Shown here: piece by piece, positions 55,661 through 64,000 of the stretch | Numbering within the stretch: position 1 is the stretch's first letter | Layout of the letters: every line of letters starts with the position of its first letter | Assembly (NCBI GenBank): GCA_951406725.2 | Contig: OX597817.1 | Coordinates: forward strand, 11,160,001 to 11,224,000 | Length of the DNA: 64,000 nt | Direction: 5' to 3' | Source: Octopus vulgaris | Lineage: Eukaryota | Position numbers and translations under genes: made by a program | The notes under the pieces: model-generated | The model's input: the letters and a program-made list of their open reading frames with translations, nothing else | Told to the model about the DNA's origin: nothing | Database searches by the model: none

Positions 55661-55665
<5 letters not shown>
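54121..55665 (-). mobile_element. 5'-truncated Penelope-like element with inverted terminal copy
   Basis: GIY-YIG ORF; 55630-55664 is the reverse complement of 54158-54192; (TA)n on both flanks. Confidence 0.9.
55040..55633 (-). CDS. GIY-YIG endonuclease domain of a Penelope-like element (Neptune-type Cys motif); uninterrupted C-terminal fragment, RT missing
   Basis: KCNRPNCGIC, FTCASENLVYVLTCSGCNEHYIGQT, LRQRMTVHR, ESHLINKYRPLLN. Confidence 0.9.
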   Translation of the reverse strand: MRMVSKASFKTILQNIPVLKKDHRMNQILLTHEIIKSKRQPKSLKTILTNTKVLPTTTTKPTVNKCNRPNCGICINLIEVPEFLFKQGQRFTVKHNFTCASENLVYVLTCSGCNEHYIGQTKNSLRQRMTVHRSQIKIQEYRKIAFSAHIDTCAAQLHPNFRIFPLYKFKDNATHTQRITMESHLINKYRPLLNTCP

Positions 55666-55735
<70 letters not shown>

Positions 55736-55737
55736 TG

Positions 55738-55985
55738 GGGAGGCGCGTAGCTTTGTGGTTAGGGTGTTGGACTCATGATCATAAGATTGCAGTTTCGATT
55801 CTTGGACCAGGTGATGATGCGTTGTGTTCTTGAGCAAAACACTCCACCTCATGTTGCTTCAGTCCACTCAGCTGACAAAAATTAGTAATACTTCGGCGGA
55901 CCAGCTTCCCGTCCAGGTGAGGAATATAAATGCCATGAAACCGAGAAACTGGTCTTTATGAGTAGGCACGACTCGAGAAAGTGAC
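55738..55985 (+). mobile_element. SINE group C (short head, tail type 1)
   Basis: 'ggaggcgcgtagctttgtggttaggg...ttgagcaaaacac...gaaaccgagaaactgg...ttatgagtaggcacgactcgagaa'. Confidence 0.8.
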
Positions 55986-56049
55986 TGTTTTCTTTTCTTT
56001 CTTTTGTGTGAGTGTGTGTGCGAGCGCGCGTGTGTGCATATATATGTAT

Positions 56050-56221
56050 GCATGTGTGTGTTTGTGTCTCTACCCATCATCGCTTGACAACCTGTGGTGG
56101 CGTGTCTACATCCGTCTAAGTTAACGGTTCGGCAAAAAGACCGATGGAATAAGCACTAAACTTTAAAAAACATAAGGACTAGGTTCGACTCGTTCGAGTA
56201 AAAATTCGTCAAGTAAAGAAA
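56050..56221 (+). mobile_element. Old SINE family A 3' half
   Basis: 'cgcttgacaacc...cggttcggcaaaa..gaccgatggaataag'. Confidence 0.75.
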
Positions 56222-56520
56222 TCTTTATATATAAAAGTAAGGTTGTGTATCTGTCTACTCCGATTTAGATTCCTAACTACTCCCACATTTTGCGGTGCAG
56301 TTTAACCAAAACCGGGTATCTTATAGTCGTAATACATATCGAGCCCTTCTGGGTATTAGCGCGCATCTACGATGCGTCTACGATTTTAAATAGTCAATGA
56401 TTTAAAACAAATTACCATCATATTTTTTCCATTTTTAATGCATCTTTTTGCTATTTTTTGGCTATAACTCTCTAAAAATGCTCCCTTACAAACCCGAGCA
56501 ACGCCGGGCGATACTGCTAG
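56222..56520 (+). mobile_element. Non-autonomous Helitron
   Basis: A|TCTTTATATATAAAAG...CCCGAGCAACGCCGGG-cgatactg-CTAG|T, no TSD. Confidence 0.92.
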
Positions 56521-56834
56521 TAAAAGATAAAAATAAAAGATACATACAAAACAAGTAAAAGACATATACAAAAAAAAAACACTTTCAAGCTTATATATGC
56601 AAAGCGATATTAGGTCCGGTGATCTCGGTATTCTCAGCTCAAATCCCACCGAAATCCCGTTTGTCCTTCAATATTATTTTCGGGGCCGATAAATAAACTC
56701 CCAGCGTCTGCTAATGCAGTCTTCTATCTTCCGCCCCCCCCCACCTCTCTTTCCAGCTGTGCCATCATGTTTATTTTTGGGGGGGTCAAGTGTGGTGCGG
56801 GTCAAATAGTGCTGATATTTGCTCGCGACTAAAT

Positions 56835-57197
56835 ACTCTTTTACTCTTTTACTCTTTTACTTGTTTCAGTCATTTGACTGCGGCCATGCTGGAGCACCGC
56901 CTTTAGTCGAGCAAATCGAACCCGGGACTTATTCTTTGTAAGCCCAGTACTTATTCTATCGGTCTCTTTTGCCGAACCGCTAAGTGACGGGGACGTAAAC
57001 ACACCAGCATCGGTTGTCAAGCAATGCTAGGGAGACAAACACAGACACACAAACACACACACATATATATATATACATATATACGACGGGCTTCTTTCAG
57101 TTTCCGTCTACCAAATCCACTCACAAGGCATTGGTCGGTCCGGGGCTATAGCAGAAGACACTTGCCCAAATGCCACGCAGTGGGACTGAACCCGGAA
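56835..57197 (-). mobile_element. SINE family A, head truncated
   Basis: Homology to the other A copies. Confidence 0.93.
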
Positions 57198-57217
57198 ATG
57201 GACATCAAAAAATATAT

Positions 57218-57704
57218 ATATATGAACGAAGGTTTGAAAATGCAAACATTTTAAAAGATGTTCATTCACTTGACCAGTTTCACTTTTTTAGGAAAAGATT
57301 GTCAAATGTAACACGTAAAAGCTTTGTTGCGTTAAGTACTGGTTGTCACAAAATATTACAATACATATATATTGTAATTTTTGTGAAAACCAGTACTTAA
57401 CACAACAAAGCTCTTACAAAGCTTTCACATTTTACTTTTGACAATCTTATTTTTAATGAAATCCTAATATTTTTAATGAACTTTTAAATATTTTCTCACG
57501 ATTTTTTTCCTTTTAAACTGTTTTTAACATTTTCTTATTATTATCAAAGCATGTATATATGTATTGTAATATTTTGTGACAACCAGTACTTAACACAACA
57601 AAGCTTTTACATGTTACTTTTGATAATCTTTTTCTTAAAAAGTGAAACCTGTCAAGTGAATAAACATCTTTAAAATTGCATTTTCAAACCTTCTTTCATA
57701 TATA
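57218..57704. mobile_element. Non-coding fold-back element with an HHR-like motif in each arm
   Basis: Arms ~57218-57370 and ~57555-57704 are inverted; a third partial copy lies at ~57366-57450. Confidence 0.8.
57614..57659 (+). ncRNA. Type I hammerhead-like motif with U3-A8 core (mirror at 57266-57311, minus strand)
   Basis: TTACTT-TTGATAA-t-CTTTTT-ctt-AAAAAG-t-GAAA-cctg-TC-AAGTGA; 6-bp stem I, 6-bp stem II, GUC triplet. Confidence 0.7.
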
Positions 57705-57741
57705 AATTTCCACTCGTGCGGCACCTTACAACTTCACTTTG

Positions 57742-57785
<44 letters not shown>

Positions 57786-57960
57786 AGAAGAAAATGGAGG
57801 GAATCCAGAGGTAGTATTTATCAGCTGTTAGACATTATATTATGTCTATTTATTTATTTTAAACAGTTCAGATAATATATAAAGACATGTGTAAAGTATT
57901 AGTACTTTCTAGAATAGAGAAAGAAGACCAGTTTCTTCGATTATACTGTTATTTCTCTTT

Positions 57961-58060
57961 NNNNNNNNNNNNNNNNNNNNNNNNNNNNNNNNNNNNNNNN
58001 NNNNNNNNNNNNNNNNNNNNNNNNNNNNNNNNNNNNNNNNNNNNNNNNNNNNNNNNNNNN
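57961..58060. other. Assembly gap (100 N)
   Basis: Run of n. Confidence 1.
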
Positions 58061-59672
58061 AACTAATTGGATGTGTCTAGTATTATTGGTTTCTTGGTTT
58101 TTGTATGTGGGTTTTTGTTTGTTTTTTTTTTTTTTTTTTAAGATAAATGCAATATGACATAAAATAACATATTCATTTTGGTATTTGCCTTGTAATGTGT
58201 GATTTTTGAAGTTTTCCAATATTGCATAGTATATTGCAAAGTATATATGTATATCTTGGTTAGATACCTAGCTCTGGATAATGTAATGATATTGTATAAT
58301 ATGTAATATATGAGAGCCTTTTGTGAGTTTGGTGGGTTTAGGTTGAGATTATGGGTTTTTTGTATGTGCTGATTTGGAAGGTTTTTATTATATATTTGGT
58401 CTTTTTGTACTCACCTTAATTTGTATCTTATGCTATTCACTGATAAACCTTTTTCATTTTTTTCATTTTTTTCATTTTCTCATTTACATGCATTTTGCTT
58501 TATAATTGTTACCAGCTTCATATATTTAGTTTATATCTATAGTCCTCTGGATCTATACTTTAAACTATCCTTCCATACATATTTAATTTCAACAATATAA
58601 AATATATATATTCACTTTATTTATTTTTATTTATTTCCCATTTTATTGTAATATTATCAATATTTGCATCTAGTCTTCTATTTATTTATTTATTTGCCTA
58701 TTTAAGTGTGGATGTTTACATACATATCTAGTCATTTAATTTGTTACCTATTTATTCTTTACTTATTTACTTATACTGGTGTAGTTTTATACATACATAT
58801 CTATCATTTATTTTTATTTAAATTTAATAATATATGAATACATATATACTAGTTTGTACTTATAATTATGTGTATAACCGTATTTATTCCTTCGTATTTA
58901 TTCCTTTTTATTTATTTTATCTCTTTTCATATTAAGTCTTTATAATATAAAATTTATTTATAATTTCTGTGATGTTCTCATAAGCGTTTACATTAATACT
59001 TCCCCCTCTATTTTTTATCGCCTAAACTGGTATATTTTGGCACTATATTTATTAAGTTAATAAGTGACTTATTTATAATATCTAAATTAATATATTTTAT
59101 ATTTTATATTTTATAATTTAGCGTACTTTAAATCATAACAAACTTACGATAAACCTAACAACCGTATGTTTACTCTGCAACAAACCGGTGTTATAAATTT
59201 TAGTTACCCATGAAATAATTATCTGAATTAGTAACATACTGATATTTAAAAATACATTTATATCTTAATTAAATATTTTATAGAATGCATGGATGGTTCT
59301 TTTTTTGTTATTGAGGCTCAGTTATAATTTTGAAGGACTTAGTGTTAGCATGGTTGCTTCCCTATTTGTTTATCTAAGTGTTAGTTGTTGCTTATGATTA
59401 TGTATATGTACAAGTGTATGTATATACATATAACTATGTGTGTATGTGCGATTGATCTGTAGATGCGTGTGTGAATATTGGCGTTCCCTGACTAACCAAC
59501 CGTATAATTTTCTTTTGTGATTTAAATTTCAAACCAATAGCCAATCGAATTAATCTAAATTTTCTTTACCTAGTGGTCAGCATTTCTTAACTCATAGTTA
59601 TTTCGATCTTGGAAGGATGGACTTGGTGATAACTTAACTGTATCTATTTTTATTATTTTTTATTATTATTAC

Positions 59673-59706
<34 letters not shown>

Positions 59707-60530
59707 AGTAATTTTTATTAACTTTTATAGCTTTAGAATTTTATGAACTGTACCACGGATTTAATTATTATTATTTTTCATCTCCATATGTGTTAGCCCT
59801 TTTTTTATAAAAAAAACTATTAGCTAAATATGTATGATATCGGTACTTATTAATATTATATATACACTGTTATATATTTTGTTTTATTTTGTTCTGGTTA
59901 CCTTCCTTTTTGTACAAATGTGTATTATATTATACAAGTGTAGCATTATGATGTATAAGTTTTTATATTTTACTTTTTTATATTTTTATATTTATATGTA
60001 TATGATTATATAATATTTTTCACTATTATAACAAATTTAATTTAATTCTCTGAAGAGGCCGTGGGGCATCTTTGTTAATGCCTCATTTATACCTGCCTTT
60101 ATGGCTTATAGGTTAAATGAGATATGACTGTCCTCACTGCCGAAACAGCTGTCAGTTTTGATTTATTTGCATATTGTATTTGTAATTTTTTACTTATATC
60201 TCTTTATCTTTTTACTTTTACTATTACTGTATATCTCATTTCATTTTATATATTGCCTTTACTCCTATGTAATGGTGTATTAAAGTATGGATTGAGTATC
60301 ATCGGATAATTGATGTTTTATTGATTTAAGTATGTTTCTCCATTCTCTAATTTTGTAGTATTAATTTACGGTAATATTATTACCCTTACCCATTTAATAC
60401 AATAGATGAACTGATTGCTTGACAATTTCTAACATCTATGTATTAATTTTGTTGGGTACCTATCTAGCAGTATATTGGATATATATTATCCCATGGTGGG
60501 TTGAATTTTCAACCCCTATCTCATTTTATA
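58061..60530 (+). mobile_element. Probable long T-rich 3' region/pLTR of a Penelope-like element
   Basis: No ORF, strong T skew, canonical-core HHR ~380 nt before the end, terminates in (TA)n. Confidence 0.55.
60044..60159 (+). ncRNA. Type I hammerhead ribozyme with canonical core and enlarged branched stem II
   Basis: CTGAAGA (60050-60056), GGCCGTGGGG/CCTCACTGCC stem II base, GAAA (60142-60145), palindromic ACAGCTGT stem III, GUC ending at 60153. Confidence 0.78.
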
Positions 60531-61449
60531 ATATATATATATATATATACACACACAAATATCTGTTTGTCTGTTTGTGTGTGAGTACGATAGTGTGTGT
60601 TTGCATCTATATATCATACGCAGACATGCATACCCACATACATAAATCAAACATATGTATGTATTTATGTTTGTATGTATGTATGCGTGTATATATGTAT
60701 TTATGTATGTATGTATGTATGTATGTGCATAAACATATATGTACACACAAATACCCAAGTATGATTTATATCTCAATATTCAAATATATTTATATATGTA
60801 TGTGTGCTTGAGTGTGTGTGTGTGTGTGTGTATGGATGATTTTAAAACTATATATGTGTGTGTGTATGTCTGTAAGTGTGTATGTGAGTGTTATACATTT
60901 ACTGTATCAAAAACAAATTAATGGTTATCAAAATGGCTTATCTTTAACATGGCAGGTGCTTTCTTTCACTGAATGTTGACGCGGGCGTTCTCATTGCAGC
61001 TTTACCACACGGATTGTTGCAAGCTTTCTCCTTTCTCACTGCTATCTTTGTCTTTTCCTATTTTTCGTTGTTACTATTTTCTTCATGTTCTGCCCTCTTT
61101 ACTACCCAGATCTGATCCTAAGATCACGGAAGTATGTTTATTATTAATGAAAGGATGGTAGATTGGCAGAATCGATATATCGTCTGACTAAACCCTGTGC
61201 GATATAAAGTTAAGTTCGCTGACATTATGAATCTAAATCCCGACGAAGTATCATAGCTTTCATACACTTGCGTGCCTCAGTAATTTTAGAATACTTTATT
61301 CTAATTCACCCATATCCTAAATTTGTGAAATTCTACTAATGATAGATAATAAAGTTTTACGTTGTGACATGGTGTTGACAGTGAAACCAGCTTAATTTTT
61401 CTTCCTCCATATGGAACCACAACTAGTAGTCCTGAGTGTTTTTTCCATA

Positions 61450-61980
61450 ATCTATTATATATAATCCGTTCTGTCTGTCTGTGTGTGTGTCTTCTAGGAT
61501 CTCGGGCATCCTCCATCCGATTGCACTCAAATTTGATATGTAGATACCGACGGTATCAGGGCGTGTGTAAGTCTTGAAAAAATTACAAAAATCGATTCCA
61601 GGTGAGAATGCGATCGATAAAGCCGTGGGAACGTGCATTTGTACGTGCAAGTACATCAGCTGTTGCTATCGATACTACGCGTACGCGAGAAAAATGCACG
61701 TGCAGTTCGCACAAAAAAGCCGACTGACTTGAAATAATGTTACAAAATGCAGTATATTTAAGAGACCAAAAAGTAAGATACAAAAGAGGTGTTTTCTTCA
61801 AACTTGGCATGAAGGAAGGAAAGACCATTTGGTTTCTAAAGAAGTTTTTTTTTTGCCTTAACTTCGTTTAACAAAACCAAGGTTAAATCAGTGTTTATCA
61901 AAGGGGAGACCTATGGGACGGTCGGACAAGTTGTTTTGAGAAAATTTGGTTTAAATGTTTAACAACTCAGCATGAATGGG
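61450..61980 (+). mobile_element. Helitron-like 5' portion (second family)
   Basis: A|TCTATTATATATAA, (CTGT)n, 'tccgattgcactcaaatttgatatgtagata'; no 3' CTAG hairpin seen. Confidence 0.55.
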
Positions 61981-62019
61981 GGTCGCTTTGCTCGTTATGT
62001 ATATTTTCTGCTGTATATA

Positions 62020-63260
62020 TCTGTTCTTTCTTTACATTGAGGAGTTTCTGGAGAATTCTTGCTATACTACACCAAATAATCTTCTTGTTAAGGAGAATTC
62101 TTGTTATGCTACACCAAATAGTGCATATATTCCAAGATTATGGTTCAAGTTTCAAAGGTTTACTCTCAAATTCTTCGTTACAGTTCCCAATGCACCATTG
62201 ATGATTGGCAGGATCAGGATTTAAAAAAAACTTCTTTGTTCAAGTTTATATAATATTCTAATTTCTTATTTTCCTTTTTCTTGAGTCTCGTATCAAATGG
62301 ACATGCTACTTCGATTACAAAACAGTTGTTTTCCGTTTTCCAACGCCTACCATATCCGGCATGTGGTGCTCTGTCCTCCTTTTGGTTTAAATAAAAGTCT
62401 CACAAATACCCCACTTCATCGTTTCGAAAACTTTCGTTTCTATTCTTACAGAATGGGTCATATCTTATTTCTATGTGCGTATAACTGAACCTCTTGCAAA
62501 AATTCCTGCGATTTATGGTAGTAATGCTACAATGTGTAAACTTTTTGCATTCATTCTTAACTGTGGAAATCTCGATGTCACGTGAGATGTAGTCTCAGTT
62601 GAATAAACGCTCATTAATCAATTAGGCGAAATCCTGCTGATCTATCAATCCCTTGACAACTTTGAGCCTGTTCCTGTGCTGTTAAAACCTTTCCTTCGGT
62701 CTTTTTTTTTTTCGGTACATTTTTCTTTAACCAGAACATGCTGTTGTTGACATTCTTCAACTCTTTTGTCCTCATGAAAGAATATTGAAAGAAGTTTCTT
62801 TCATTCAAAGTTTTTCTTCTTTTTTCAACATTTGTTCAAAGGCGGATGGGTGCGACAAAGATGGTCCGAGTGAACGGGCTTGATCTGAGTATGTACATGT
62901 AGATCGAAGAAAGAGGAAATCACTTGACCCAGTGGTAAAGTTCACTGTTGACTGTGCTTTTGTAAGGTCTCCCTTGAAGGTTTTCTCCTTTTGGGCAATT
63001 ATTTTTTCGTATGAATTTTTTGTTTCTTTATTTCTGTAATTTTACTGTTTTGTGCAACCACACATTGTATCGTCATGCACCGCCGTCCTTGACCTTTTTT
63101 TGAACCCTTATCAAAGCACAGTATTATTATTTTCTCTTTATCACAGGTTTCATTGGGGCTCCCGGAGACTTGCTTGCATTGTGGGTTTACTACCTGCAGC
63201 CTACGGTACCATGCCATTCGTCCTTTTCATTTATATAACATTTTCCTGATTATTCTGCCA
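62020..63260 (-). mobile_element. Degraded R4/Dong-clade element, C-terminal/RLE region
   Basis: FWLKK...TEGKVLTAQEQA; CFVIEVACPFDTRLKEKE; ILPIINGALGTVTKNL. Confidence 0.8.
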
Positions 63261-63269
63261 AGGAGGCAA

Positions 63270-63480
63270 ACTTTTTGTAACAGTTTTACTGGACACTCTA
63301 TTCTAATTTCCTCTTGATGCCTTCTGATATTTTCCCAAGGACCCAACAATAATTGGCACTATCTTTACCTTCTTCATTTTCCATAGCCGGGATATTTTGT
63401 ACTTAAGGGGGGGTTGTATCTATTTTTTCGCCTTCCTTCTTGACTATTTGTTGGTCAAAGGGGAATCACAGGAGGGATAT
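63270..63480 (-). mobile_element. Second R4/Dong RLE fragment
   Basis: PFDQQIVKKEGEKID / LKYKISRLWKMKKVKIVPIIVGSLG; the 5' end abuts (TAA)n. Confidence 0.8.
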
Positions 63481-63523
63481 CATTATAATCGTTATTATTG
63501 TTATTATTATTATTAGTAGTAGT

Positions 63524-63577
<54 letters not shown>

Positions 63578-63593
63578 GTTGTTGTTGTTGTTG

Positions 63594-63657
<64 letters not shown>
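63481..63657. repeat. (TTA)n/(TTG)n microsatellite
   Basis: Direct reading. Confidence 0.97.
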
Positions 63658-64000
63658 CTTTTTTTCTTCTTCTTTCAAATTTGCTTCCATTTCTTGCCGA
63701 GTGTCTTCCCGACTCCTAGGGCAAAGAAACTCATAGTATACATTGGTGGGCCATTAAACTAAACTCACTAGTTCGTTCATTTTTTTTTCTTAAAGTTAAA
63801 TTAAAATACATGGGTAGTAATAGTTCTCACATCGACAATGCTCTTCCCAATACGTGTAATGTACCAATTAAGACAATCTTTTGCACTTCTTGCAGGGATG
63901 GTAAGCCAGGGATCATTCTCATATAATTTTCGGTTCCCTTCTTGATCATTCCTAGTGCTCCTACGATCACTGGTATTGTAACCGCCTTGAGATGCCACAT
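63658..64000 (-). mobile_element. 3' end of a third R4/Dong element, running off the window
   Basis: MWHLKAVTIPVIVGALGMIKKG...IPGLPSLQEVQKIVLIGTLHVLGRALSM*, then a UTR ending in (TAA)n. Confidence 0.88.

Overview
Eukaryotic, AT-rich, repeat-dominated DNA. It is most likely cephalopod (Octopus-like), inferred from the SINE families and the extreme microsatellite load. I find no credible host protein-coding exon: nearly all listed ORFs are translations of (TA)n, (CA)n, (TACA)n, (TAA)n, (GAT)n or (GAA)n repeats. The real content is transposon debris: about 27 copies of three tRNA-derived SINE groups, LINE relics (CR1, RTE, L1/Tx1, R4/Dong with RLE), a Sleeping Beauty-like Tc1 fragment, non-autonomous Helitrons and a Penelope-like element (PLE) with a GIY-YIG ORF. 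The most notable signal is about a dozen type I hammerhead-ribozyme (HHR)-like motifs read by eye, several in (TA)n-flanked PLE ends or in non-coding fold-back elements. Many have non-canonical cores (U3-A8 swap, U4C, GCAA for GAAA) or 70-85 nt stem II insertions. HHRs in PLEs are known; this variant set and its fold-back carriers deserve testing. All folds were paired by hand and coordinates of degraded elements are approximate. There is a 100-N gap at 57961-58060.
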